Origin: the human T2T-CHM13v2.0 reference genome, Homo sapiens
Assembly: GCF_009914755.1 (NCBI RefSeq)
Contig: NC_060926.1
DNA length: 64,000 bases
Direction: 5' to 3' (one strand)
Shown here: positions 39,204 through 52,221 of the stretch, piece by piece
Position numbering within the stretch: the first letter of the stretch is position 1
How the letters are laid out: each line of letters opens with the position of its first letter
Notes under the pieces: model-generated
The model's input: the letters and a program-made list of their open reading frames with translations, nothing else
The model's database searches: none
What the model was told of the DNA's origin: nothing
Position numbers and translations under genes: made by a program

Positions 39204-41235
39204 ATGTGCACAACTTAAAGTTTGGATATATAGATATATATATCTATATATCCACAGTGAGTTGATTACTAGTCAAGCAGATTAACATACCTATCACCCT
39301 ATGTGGTTGCCTCATTTTTTGTGGGTGGTTAAGAGCACCTAAAATCTATCTTAGCAAATTTTCAGCATATAATACAATATTGTCAACTATAGTCCTCATG
39401 CTGTACATTAGATCCCTAGACCTATTCATCCCTATATAACTATAACTTTGTATCATTTGATCTACTTCTCCCCATTTACTCCCCACTGGTAACTACTGTT
39501 CTACTCTCTCTATATTTTTGACTTTATTTTAGATTCCACATATGAGTGAGATCATGAGGTATTTTTCTTTCTGTATCCAGCTTATTCCACTTAGCATATT
39601 ATCATCCAGATTCATCCATGTTGTTGTCAATATCAGTATCTCCTTTTTTATGCTGAATAATATTCCATTGTATATACACCACAATTTGTTTTCCAGTCAT
39701 TCATCAACTGACATGTAGGTTGTTTCCATGTCTTGGCTCTTGTGAATAATGCTGCAGTGAACATGGGAGACAGATGCCTTTACAAGGTGCTGATTTCATT
39801 TCCTTTTGGTTCATACCCAGCATAGGGGTTGCTGGATCATATGGTAGTTCTATTTTTATTTTCTGAGGAACTTTCATAGTTTTCCATAATGGCTGTACCA
39901 GTTTAGACTCCCACCAACAGTGTAGGAGGCTTCCCTTTTCTCCACATCCTCACCAACAATTTTTATCTTTGTCTTTTTGATAAAAGCCATTCTAACAGGT
40001 GTGAGGTGATATTTCATCGTGGTTTTGATTTGCATTTCCCTGAAGATTAATGGTATTGAACACCTTTTCCTATACCTGTTGGCCATTTTTACATCTTCTT
40101 TGGAAAAATGTTTATACAAGTCCTTTGTCTATTTTAAATTCAGGTTATCTGTTTGTTTGTTTGCTGTTGAGTTGTTTAAATTCCTTATATATTTTGGATA
40201 TTAACCCCTTATCAGATATATGGTTTACAAATATTTTCTCTCAGTCTGTAGGATGCCTTTTCATTTTATTAATTGTTTTGTTTGGTATGCAGAAACTTTT
40301 GTTTGATGAGATCCACTTGTTTTCTTTTGCTTTTATTGCCTGAGCTTTCAGTGTGATATCTAAAAACATTCACTGCCGAGGCCAATATCAAGGAGCTTTT
40401 CACTATATTTTCTTCTACAATTTTATGGTTTCAGGTCTTACGTTCACGTCTTTTATTCATTTTAGGTTGAATTTTGTGTGTAGTGTAAAATAAGGGTCCA
40501 GTTTTATTCTTTTGCACGTAGCTATCCACTTTTCCCAATGCCATTGATTGAAAAGATTGTTCTTTCCCCATTGTATATTTTTGGTGGCCTTGTCTAAAAT
40601 TAGTTGACCATATATGCATGGGTTTATTTCTGGGTGCTCTGTTCTGGTCCGTTGGTCTACATGTCGGTTTTTATGCCAGTACCATAGTGCTTTGATTACT
40701 CTAACTTTGTAATATAATTTGAAATCAGGAAGTGTGATGCCTCCAGCTTTGTTTTTCTTTTTCAAGATTGTTTTGGCTATTTAGGGTGTTCTGTAGTTCC
40801 ACATGAGTTTTAGAATTGTTTTTCATATTTCTGTGAAAAATGCCACTGGAATTTTGATAGAGATTATGTTAAATCTGTATATTGCTTTGGGTAGCATGGC
40901 CATTTTAACAATATTAATTCTTTCAACTCATGAATATGAGATATCTTTCCATTAATTTGTGTAGTTTTCTATTTCTTTCACCAATGTTTTATGGTTTTCA
41001 TATAAGGTTCGGATCTTTTACTTCCTTGGTTAAATTTATTCATAAGTACTGTATTCTTTTTTAATTAAAATTTTTAAACATTTTAAATGCAACACTTCAC
41101 AAATTTGCATGTCATCCTTGCACAGAGGTCATGCTAATCTTCTTTGTATCTTTTCAATTTTAGTATATGTGCTGCCAAAGTGAGCACAGTATTATATTCT
41201 TTTTGATGCTACTATAAATGGGATTGTTTTCTTGA
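39204..41235 (-). mobile_element. L1MA-type 3' portion
   Basis: ORF2 fragments [17 protein letters not shown] and [19 protein letters not shown]; L1MA-type 3'UTR. Confidence 0.9.
41085..41187 (-). pseudogene. U6 snRNA retropseudogene
   Basis: Minus strand GTGCTCACTTTGGCAGCACATATACTAAAATTG...GCAAGGATGACATGCAAATTTGTGAAGTGTTGCAT; ACAGAGA box mutated to ACAAAGA; TSD-like 41045-41061/41188-41204. Confidence 0.95.
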
Positions 41236-41514
41236 CTGGCAATTGTTGCCATCCAACAATTTACATGCTTCTGGCTTGAATTGCAGATAAGCTCCTTCAG
41301 AGGAGTAAGTGTCTTACTACCTTATAATCTCTACAGTACTTTCTAGAAAGAATATGCTTATCTGGTATCAGTTGCTTTAAATTCAGTGGAATACAGTAAG
41401 ACAGAGCATTCAAACAATACTAGCTCAACTCTAGTGGTACCTGGAATGTTTAGAATGTGCCTTATTTTCAACAGTATGACCACAGCAGCTCATCGACTGT
41501 GAGCATGACATCAA

Positions 41515-41770
41515 TGACAATTAAAGCTTGCCTAGAACTTTGTGTGTGCCTAGCATTGTTTTAAGTGTTTTAGCTATAAGATGTCATCTGGTCCTGCAAA
41601 CAATCCTTTGAGGGAGGGGTCTTGTTACTTATTTTTAAGTTTACAGATGAGGAACCTAAAGCATAGAGAGATTAAGAAATGTGCCCAAGGTTACATCTCT
41701 AGGGAGGAGCAGACTCAAACACAAGCAGTTTAGCTCCAGAAAATGTGTTCTACTTACTGAGTTATAATGC
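41515..41770 (-). mobile_element. MIR
   Basis: tttacagatgaggaacctaaagcatagagagattaag...gcccaaggttac. Confidence 0.8.
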
Positions 41771-41799
41771 TCTTTTTTCAAAGAGCTAACCTACATATA

Positions 41800-42000
41800 A
41801 GGAAATACTATATACCAGGCACTTTTTAATGTAAACTCGTTTAATCTCACCACAAGCCCAAGAGATGAGTACTACTGTTATCTGTATTTTACAGATAAAA
41901 AAACTAAGGCACAAATAAGCTAAGTGAGTGGTAGAGCCCCATTTCAAACCCAGAAGATCTGATTTCCAAGTCTGTCCTCTCAATCATCATGCCACAGCAC
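41800..42000 (-). mobile_element. MIR
   Basis: ttttacagataaaaaaactaaggcac...gatctgatttccaag. Confidence 0.75.
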
Positions 42001-42926
42001 TCTCAGAAGAGTCAGAGGCAAATAGAATGCCAATCCTGAATTGATTTATGTAGATTTACATAGCAAGAGATGGTGGATCATAGGCTACTTTATAAGAAGA
42101 CCCTCCCATTTTCCATCAAGGCTGAACATCACTATATTTAGGGACAGTTGTGCCTGGGGATATGCATGGTTTCTTCCCAAATAGGCTGGGAAAATAGTGC
42201 CAGGTGAGAAAAAAAAAGAGTTTGTATTTTGCTTGGAGTATTAAGATAAGGAGACCAAGGTCCAGGGGTATTTGTTTTTTCATAAGGGTAAAGATAAGGG
42301 AGAAGCAAGGAGAGACGACAAGTTGGCCCTGCTGTTTCCCTGTGCTTTGAGCTTGCAATGTGCAGGGCATGAGATTGGGAGCAGCCCAGGTAGAAGATGG
42401 TTCCTAGCATAAGATGGGGGGAAACGGGGATGAATACACTGGTGTTTGTCTTTCCCTAGACTGAATGGCCACTCTGCTCCCAGAGGCTAAGAAATGGAAT
42501 GCCTAATAGGTACCAGGGAGACTCCCTGCTTTGCAGCTTATAGCCAACTTATAGGAAAAAAAAAGGTATGTGCTGAGCAGAAACCATAATTTATCAGCTG
42601 TGCCTTACCTAGCCAATGGGACACTTTCCTTTTTTTTTGATCCCTTTTATTAGATGAGGAAAGAAAGGGAAAGCAACACATAAAATGTTGATTTGAAAAA
42701 GAACATGATTTCTTAAGAAGAAATCTGAAGCCTCTCAGCTAGGGCTCACCTAAGAATCAAAGTGGCACAGCATTCCATCAGGGCCCAGGAATGACCATCA
42801 ACTTATTAAGGTTGTGAAGCTGGAAGTTTTCGTAAAGACCTGCCATTTGTCACAGGACCTCCTTCAGCCTTTTCCTTGATATCCAGAAGGCTGGATCCTT
42901 AGGCTGTCTACCAGATGGCATTCCAG

Positions 42927-43009
42927 TGGGGAGGGAGGGAGAAAGGAAGGAAGGGAGGAAAGGAGGAAGGGAGGAAAGGAGGAAGGGAGGGAGAGGGGGA
43001 GGAAGGAAG
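42927..43009. repeat. Purine-rich (GGAA/GGAG) low-complexity tract
   Basis: Direct inspection. Confidence 0.85.
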
Positions 43010-43359
43010 TCTCCCAGTTACATATTAATGGCTTCTCAGGGTCTGACTTGTCTTTGCTCCTACACTCATCTTGCCAGTGAGCCCTGCAAGGAATGTGGAC
43101 AGTCAAGCTACAGGCTGCTGGCCATGGACCACCTCTTGGGTAGACGAGAAGAGACACATGGTGGGTGTTTTACAGACATGTAGGTAGGAATTTGCAAATT
43201 GAACCAGCAAGTGTCTGGTACACAGTAGGTGTTTACTAATGGGAGTTGATACTGCTATTGACAATGTGAGAATGAGTGGCTGCAACTGTCATCCCACTGA
43301 GTGAAAAGCGGGGTTGATTCAGCTGAGCCATCTGGCAACACGGGTGTTCTTCCTTTTTT

Positions 43360-45000
43360 AAGAAAGTTTTGTTTTAAAGTATTATGAAATATGACACACA
43401 GAAACCCATAAACCATAAGCAACTGCATAAGGAAAAATAATAAAGCAAAGTATCATGTAATTGCTACCATGGAACTACTTCCCTGGTTAAGAAATAGAAT
43501 ATTGTCAACACTCAGAAGCTGACACCCCACCCCATGGGTCCTTACCAGTCATGCACCTTCCCCAACCCACAAAAGCTGACCTTGATCCTTTCATGGAAAC
43601 GACACATTTGCTTTTAAGTAAATATATGTATGAATTGTATATATGTACTCTCTTCATATGACCTATATATCCACATATAAAATCTATATATTTCTAAATA
43701 TTATGATTTTGTCTGTTTTTGAATCTTATATAAATGCACTCCAACATGATCTTTTGTGTCTCACTTCTTTCAGGCATCATTATGGTTGTAAGATTTAACC
43801 GTATTGTTTTGGAAGTAACAGTTTATTAGTTTTCATGGCTTTCTAGTAGCTCTTTATATGGATATGCAACACTTTGTTTATCTATTCTCCTTTAGATGGC
43901 CATTTGGGTGTTTTTCAGGTTGGTGTAATTACTGACAATGTTGCTATGAACATTCTTTTATATGCATTCTGGGGTATATACCTAGGAGAGGAATTGCTGG
44001 GTCACAGGATATATGTGTGTCTATGAATAACTCTAGTAGACCCTGCCAAACTCTTCCGAAGTGGTTGCATAAATTTGCTCTTTATCCTCAAGGTACAAGA
44101 GTCACCATCATTTCACAGCTTCATGGACAGATGGTACTGGTTGTCTAAATGTTAGCCAGTCTGGTTGGTGTGTGGTTGTACTTAATTGTGATTTTAATTT
44201 GCATTTCTCTGATTACTAAAAAGGTTGGGTAACTTTTCATTGTTTTTTGTCCATCTGGATTTTCTCTTTTATGAAGGGCCTGTTTATTTCTTTGGCCCAT
44301 TTAGAAAATGGGGTTGTTCACCTTTTCCTTAATGAATTTTATCCAGATAGATTCTTGATTGTCTCAAGAGGCATCTATTGAAAAGAGTGGTGTCCTGAAG
44401 TCCATGAGAGTTGATTGTTAAAATTTCAGGAGTTTTCTGAGTAGGTTGTGAAATTGCTGGTAGCTCAAAGTCAGCCACAGTGTTGATACCATGGAAACTG
44501 GCAAATGCGATATAAATCAGGGCATTTTCCGCTAGAGAGTTGGTTGATTACTACACCAATGGAAAAGCCCATCTTTTCTGCCCTGGCTCACGAGGCCATC
44601 GCTGTCATAAATCCTGGTCATACACATATGGATTTATTTCACTGCTATCTCTTCTGTTTCATTCCTCTCTTTGTCTATCCCCATGTCAAAACCACACTGC
44701 CTTGTAAACTACAGGTTTATAATAAGTCTTGGTATCTGGTAGAGTGGGTCCTCTCATCTCCTAAGAGTATCTTGCTCATTCTTGGCTCTTGACATTTCTC
44801 TGTAAATTTAGAATGAGCTTGCCAAGTGTTTACAGAAAAATCTGTTGAAATTTTAATTACATTGAATCTATAGATCAATTTTGGGAAGAAATGTATGTTT
44901 TTATCTGCTTTGAGTTCATTATGGAAGTTACTCATTACTGTGTAAAATCAATTGCATATATATTCTATAAGCTGTCATTTGTTATTTATCTTTATCCACA
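43360..45000 (-). mobile_element. Old L1M (L1ME-like) fragments with embedded MER63-like piece (~44400-44560)
   Basis: tatatacctaggagaggaattgctgggtca, ttttaatttgcatttctctgattact, ORF2-like PKLIYRFN. Confidence 0.65.
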
Positions 45001-45011
45001 GTCTTTCTTGC

Positions 45012-45374
45012 TCTATTGGTCCATTTTCTTACTGCTATGAAGAAATACCCGAGACTGGGTAATTTACAAAGAAAAAGAGGTTTAATTGACTCATAGTTCC
45101 ACATGGCTGAGGAGGCCTCATAATCATAGCAGAAGGTGAAGGAGGAGCAAAGGCATATCTTACATGGTGGCAGGCAAGAGCGCATGTGCAGGGGAACTGC
45201 CCTTTATAAAACCATCAGATCTCATGAAACTTATTCACTATCATGTGAACAGCCTGGGAAAAACCCACCCCATGATTCAATTACCTCCCACTGGGTCTCA
45301 CCCATGACACAGAGGAATTATGCGAGCTACCAATCAAGATGAGGTTTGGGTGGGGACACAGCCAAACCATATCA
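45012..45374 (-). mobile_element. THE1 LTR (MaLR)
   Basis: gaagaaatacccgagactgggtaattt...ggggacacagccaaaccatatca; 5-bp TSD cttgc/cttgt. Confidence 0.92.
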
Positions 45375-45489
45375 CTTGTCTTGCAGAACTTTTACATTTT
45401 TGTTAAATAAAGTTCATCAAACTTTTCCTTTATAGCTTCTAGGATATCGCTCCTAGTAGCCACAAAGGCAAGCCACACAAAACTTAAAA

Positions 45490-46040
<551 letters not shown>

Positions 46041-46685
46041 GCCATGTTAGATAGCTCAGGTCAGTTTCTTTGTTAAGGCAGGTCTACAGCAGTCTTAGGT
46101 CTGTGGCTAGTTTAGTGCTACCAAGATCTGGCCCTTCCAGGGTTGGTTCAGTGAGGTCTCTTCACTATTGTTGGTTGAAACTTTAATGTTTCACAGCTCT
46201 GTGTGACTTTGGGAATTGTTTGTCTTACAGCCCCTGAATTACCCCCTAGCCCTGCAAGTTGCTCTTTCTTCAGCATATTTTGCCTAGCTCTTGGAGTTTC
46301 ATCTGCACATGCCCATTTAGTATTTGGCAAAAGGCTCAAGAAGACTTCTGCATAGCTCTCTGGAACTCTTTCTCTGTGTAGTTTCCTCCTTTTCAGTACT
46401 CTTCTTCGTAGAGTCCAGTAGCCTCCTCCTGAATTCCAGTCTCTGACTCCCCAACTCAGTGAGATGACTGTGCTCTCCTTGGGGTTCCTTCTCTGCCCCA
46501 TGGTCTGCAAAGTGCCTCCACACAGCAGGCCTGGGTGATCCCAGGGCTTACCTTATTAGCTTATCTTCCCTGAGAGATCACAATCCATGCTGTGGTGTGG
46601 GTCTGGGGTTGTGCACAGGCTGCCAGCCTAATACTCATTATTCTTAAGGCCAGAAGCAGAGGTCCTACTTAAAAAAAAAGTCTTA

Positions 46686-46810
46686 GCTGGCTGCAGTGGT
46701 AAATGTCTGTAGTCCCAGCTACTCAGGAGGCTGAGGCAGAAGGATCACAAGTTCAGCCCAACCTGGACAAAATAGCAAGACCCACCATCTACAAAAGAAC
46801 ACAAAACAAA
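46686..46810 (+). mobile_element. Alu monomer (FLAM/FAM-like)
   Basis: ctgtagtcccagctactcaggaggctgaggcag, single monomer. Confidence 0.7.
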
Positions 46811-47368
46811 TAAGGTTTTGAGCTTACTTATTAGTTTTACTATCTAGTTATTTCGTAATTACTTTGATCTTTATTAATCGCTTCTTACAGTCTTCTTTAA
46901 TATTATTCTTTTTATAACTTGATGTATTTTTATTCTTTCTTATTAGAAATAATTAGGGCTATGAGTTTTTCTTTCAGGGATTCCTTTAGCTATTTCCACA
47001 GGTTCTGACATGCAATATTTTTGTGGTCATTATTCTCTAGATAATCTGCAATTTGGGTTTTGCTTTTCTCTTTGACAAAGAATTGTTCCAGAGACTTAAA
47101 AAAAGTGTATTTTGAGATGGTAGAGTTTTATGTTTCAGTTTTCTGGTTTTGTTATTAATTTTAGTTATATTGTATTACAAATAAAGTTATCTACACTATT
47201 TATAATTTTTGAAGATGTTTTAAGTTTTCGTTGTAGCTTAATAATCATGACAAACCTTTGTAAACAAGATGTTATTCACTTTTTACTGTAAATTGTTTAT
47301 CGACTTTAAATGAGTCTGTTATCAATGTTAGTATATAAAATAAATTTAAATTTACAAAAATATAATGC

Positions 47369-47392
47369 GTGTGTGTGTGTGTGTGTGTGTGT
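47369..47392. repeat. (GT)n microsatellite
   Basis: Direct inspection. Confidence 0.9.
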
Positions 47393-48099
47393 TTACTCTG
47401 GGTGCCAGTGTAAGACTATATTTCAAAAATGAGATTTTTTTTCTAAAAAAATGTGAAAACCACTAGGCAATGTGACTTCAAAAGTCATCTAGAATGTGTA
47501 GAATGGGAATATAAATTTGTGCAGGCTCTAGAGTAGAGTGAGCCTTGAGTTGTGTTGAGATCAAAGGATACCCAGAGTATTTTTTTCTTTCATTTTTCAT
47601 TCATTTTCTTTCTTTCCTCTACACAATATGCTAATAAAACATCTAGATTACACAGACCGAGGCCAGGTGCTATACCAGTCTGTTATCAACAAGTGAGAGC
47701 ACATGAAACCGTTTTTAATTGGCCTTAGGAAAAGCAGAGGTGAAATGAAAATTTAATTCTCCTGGACCTTTTTTCAAAATGTATTTTTCCATCTCTACTG
47801 TAAAGAGTGCATTTTAATTAGGTTGATTCTCACTGTTTGGCCATGCATTTGTAATCTGTGTTCACTCTTTGGGAAAGAAGAATTTGATGAAAGGAACCTG
47901 ATAATAATGGAAATCTTGTCTGAGCAGAACAAATTGGAATTATCCAATATGATAGGGATGTGAGAAGCATTGAGGCTGGTGACTGAAAAAAAAAAAACAC
48001 CTCTCCCCAAAACACCACTGTTCTGCCTAGCACAGTCTTGTCCTGGCACAGGGAGACAGTGCAATAGCATGGAATGTGCTTTTGGTGCGTCTGGGCCTT

Positions 48100-48230
48100 T
48101 CTGGTGCATCACAATCCCCCATCCTCAATTTCCCCGCCTGTAAAATGGGGGTAATAATCTCCACTTTGCACTATTGTGAGGATTGAGAGAAATGAATTAT
48201 GTGAAAGTGCCTGACATGTTATAGGGGCTC
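48100..48230 (+). mobile_element. MIR
   Basis: cctcaatttccccgcctgtaaaatggggg...tgtgaggattgag. Confidence 0.75.
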
Positions 48231-48792
48231 AGATAATGAGTAAGAGGAGAATTTCCAAGGAAAGCTCTATGGCTGGGCTGAGGGTGAGGTTCCTAGTTTG
48301 TTTACAGCTTTGAAAAGAAAGAAGTGAGCAGGGGCAGGCATTTACGTGTAAGTGAGAGTGTGTGTGTGTGTGTGTGTATGTGTGTTCAGGGCAGGGGAAT
48401 CTGTGGGTACATCCTAGTACAGTCCAGTGTTTCTGTGTGTGCCATTCAGGATGAATTTCCTGTGGGATAGCAAACAACCAGGCTCTGCCGTAGAGAAGTC
48501 GATTCAGAGTCCTCATCTGCAAGTAGAAAAGCCCCAGGAGTCCATGCTTACCCCCATTACGCTACTCCTGTGAGTGTTGTGGGACAGATGAAAGGTCAGC
48601 TAGGTCCTTCAGCTGAATGCAGTGCACTAATGAGGAAACGAGTTAGGAGTTTCTCCACCAGTGCCAACAAGCAGGTCAAGTAGCACACATCGGGGGTGGA
48701 GAGGCCGCCCACAAAACACATTATTTAGGGTGCTATGCCAACCTGTCAGAGAGGGAAAAGATACACTTCTTGGCTTTGGAGCTTGTGATTTA

Positions 48793-49256
<464 letters not shown>

Positions 49257-49387
49257 AGTACAGTCCCATGTTTCTATGTGCACCATTCAGGATGAATTTC
49301 CTAAGCACCTACTGCATTCCCAGAATTAGGAGTACAAACTCAGGGGTCAGACTGATCTGGATTAATTTCCAAGTCTGTCACTAACCA

Positions 49388-49725
49388 TTTTTTAAAAATC
49401 ATATATATTTAAGGTGTGCAGCATGATGTTTTGATATACAAAGTGAAATGATTACCACAGTCAAGCAAAGTAAGGTGTCTGTCATCTTCCACAGTGACTT
49501 TTTGTGTGTGTTGCACCTAAAATGGACTCTCTCTGCAAATTTTCAATCTACATTGCAACATTATTAACTGTTGTCCTGTGGCTGTATGATAAATCTGTAG
49601 ACTTATTCATTTTGTCCTTTGACCTACATGTCCCCATTTCCTCTCCCTCCCAGGCCTTGGTAACCACCTTTCTACTCTTTGTTTCTATGTATTTAACTTT
49701 ATTTTATATTCCACATCTGAGTAAG
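49388..49725 (-). mobile_element. L1MA 3' end
   Basis: tatatatttaaggtgtgcagcatgatgttttgatatac...attccacatctgagtaag. Confidence 0.8.
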
Positions 49726-49911
49726 ACCTTGCTCTCACTCACTCTTTTATGGCCTTGGGGAAGCATAGGTCCTCCAGACAGCAGAATTGCTTCATCTTTA
49801 AAATGATTGCATCGATGTGGCGATTGGGATAATTCAGAGATGTTTTCAGCACAGAGGGCTTGTGCTAGGCCCCTAGAATGTACAGATAAAGGGGATCCAT
49901 GTTCTTCCTTT

Positions 49912-50050
49912 GAGGCAGAGGTTCTGACTTTGACTTTGCCACTCCCTGGCAAGGGGCATTTAGCAATGTCTGGAGACATTTGGCTGTCCCTATGGATGTG
50001 TGTATGCAGGTGCTAAACATCCTAGAACGCATAAGGCAGCCTTCCTCCCC
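49912..50050. mobile_element. MER20 fragment
   Basis: ggggcatttagcaatgtctggagacatt...gctaaacatccta. Confidence 0.6.
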
Positions 50051-50828
50051 CTTCATTGCTCATTCCCTCTGATTGTGGAATTAAAAGACGAAAATGGGTC
50101 CATTCGAGGGAAAAGGTCATGATCCTTAATGCTGTTTTTACATGACGGCCTTGTCAGAGCCTTCAGCTCCTCCTGCTGTCTTCGACGTTCTAGGCACAGC
50201 TCCCTCCGGAGGGCATGCTTCCCACCTGGGGCTTGCTGGCGGAGTGCCATCCTCATCCATATACATGTCCCCAATTAAAAGACGTCCCGCTGCCGGGAAA
50301 GCGGCTGCACCTTGGAGCGAAACTGAAAGAAGAGACCCCGGGGTCTTCGCGTCCCTCCGTGGGAAGGCGAGGCAGGGCCCTGCGCAGAACACCGGCAGGC
50401 TCTGGGGAAAGGCAGGGATTCTATAGTGAATCCTGCAAGCCTGCTTGGGGCCGACTTCCTGGAGCAGCGGCTGCAAGCAGCGCAGAGCCCAGCTGTCCTT
50501 GGCAAACACCCCACAGAGGAGGCGAGGGCTTGCTGGCTCCTCTGGGACGCCCCGGTCAAGCCACCACCAAACGGGCCGTGACCTCGCCTTCGAAGGGGGC
50601 CCCCAGGGCAGCGGTGGACGTGGGGGCAGTGCGGGCGAGAGGAAGTTTGTCTTTCTCCCAGCTCGGGAGGGTCGCCAGCTTCCCCGGGGCTGCACCTCCT
50701 TGGGACGCTTGTCGGGTTGGAGCGCCGCAGCTGCCTCTGCGGCTGCCGCCTGGGTGACGGAGGGTGGGGCGGGGGTGGGTCGCTCGTAGCTCGAGAGCCA
50801 CGATCTGATTTCAGGGACCGTGCCTATG

Positions 50829-50838
50829 TGCTGAGTCA
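50829..50838 (+). promoter_or_regulatory. ARE/MARE (NF-E2/NRF2/BACH plus AP-1) motif TGCTGAGTCA
   Basis: Exact motif match within the promoter. Confidence 0.55.
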
Positions 50839-50892
50839 AACCCCGCCGCTGGGCTGGGTCTGCAGCCGGGCCGCTGAGCACAATCCGCTGTG

Positions 50893-50905
50893 GTTAATGA
50901 TTAAT
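50893..50905 (+). promoter_or_regulatory. HNF1 site GTTAATGATTAAT
   Basis: 12/13 match to GTTAATNATTAAC; an AT-rich island within the GC-rich promoter; HNF1A regulation of GPR39 is established. Confidence 0.75.
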
Positions 50906-51365
50906 CGCTGACCACCCCGCCTCCCGCAGCTCGGGAGAGGGTGCTCTGGGAATGTGGACCGGGGCTCTCAAGTGCCGGCAGCTGGAAAGGAAGAGGAGTG
51001 CTGCGAGGCGGAGTGCGCCCTCGGCGAAGAGGGGCAGAGGCGGAGCGCCAGGTGCTGCGGTCTCACTCCCAGCCAGCCAGGAGTTTAGAACGTTCTTCCT
51101 CCGCCCTCTCCCCGCCTCGCCCCAGCCACATACACTCCCAAACCTCAACACCCAGGCGCCTCCTGGGCCTCTCCTAGGTTGGGCTGCTCCAGCAAGTTTC
51201 CATGAAAGCACCTGAAATACTAAGTTACCTTCGCGAGGAGAACTCGAGTGAGATAAAATCGTGCGCCCACGCAGGTGAGTTTGCAGCCAAGAATTTTGGA
51301 CGCTGCTGGGAGGAGAAAGGGAAGTTGAGAAAGTCTTTGGACCTGGTAGCCTGGTGCTCTTTCTC

Positions 51366-52221
51366 ATGGCTTCACCCAGCCTCCCGGGCAGTGACTGCTC
51401 CCAAATCATTGATCACAGTCATGTCCCCGAGTTTGAGGTGGCCACCTGGATCAAAATCACCCTTATTCTGGTGTACCTGATCATCTTCGTGATGGGCCTT
51501 CTGGGGAACAGCGCCACCATTCGGGTCACCCAGGTGCTGCAGAAGAAAGGATACTTGCAGAAGGAGGTGACAGACCACATGGTGAGTTTGGCTTGCTCGG
51601 ACATCTTGGTGTTCCTCATCGGCATGCCCATGGAGTTCTACAGCATCATCTGGAATCCCCTGACCACGTCCAGCTACACCCTGTCCTGCAAGCTGCACAC
51701 TTTCCTCTTCGAGGCCTGCAGCTACGCTACGCTGCTGCACGTGCTGACACTCAGCTTTGAGCGCTACATCGCCATCTGTCACCCCTTCAGGTACAAGGCT
51801 GTGTCGGGACCTTGCCAGGTGAAGCTGCTGATTGGCTTCGTCTGGGTCACCTCCGCCCTGGTGGCACTGCCCTTGCTGTTTGCCATGGGTACTGAGTACC
51901 CCCTGGTGAACGTGCCCAGCCACCGGGGTCTCACTTGCAACCGCTCCAGCACCCGCCACCACGAGCAGCCCGAGACCTCCAATATGTCCATCTGTACCAA
52001 CCTCTCCAGCCGCTGGACCGTGTTCCAGTCCAGCATCTTCGGCGCCTTCGTGGTCTACCTCGTGGTCCTGCTCTCCGTAGCCTTCATGTGCTGGAACATG
52101 ATGCAGGTGCTCATGAAAAGCCAGAAGGGCTCGCTGGCCGGGGGCACGCGGCCTCCGCAGCTGAGGAAGTCCGAGAGCGAAGAGAGCAGGACCGCCAGGA
52201 GGCAGACCATCATCTTCCTGA
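51366..52221 (+). CDS. GPR39: G protein-coupled receptor 39, coding exon 1 (aa 1-285, TM1-TM5 and ICL3)
   Basis: [25 protein letters not shown]..., GN in TM1, LACSD in TM2, ERY motif, Zn-binding H17/H19; 856 nt ending at a phase-1 donor A|GTGAGT (52222). Confidence 0.98.

Noticed and set aside
38963-39285. Lys/Glu/Arg-rich and Phe/Leu/Ser-rich ORFs
   Set aside because: Microsatellite translation
41085-41187. Functional U6 gene
   Set aside because: CpG-type decay, mutated ACAGAGA box, TSD and tail, embedded in L1 with no PSE/TATA promoter
50138-51409. Multiple 100-250-aa ORFs in the promoter
   Set aside because: Expected stop depletion in a CpG island; no recognisable domains
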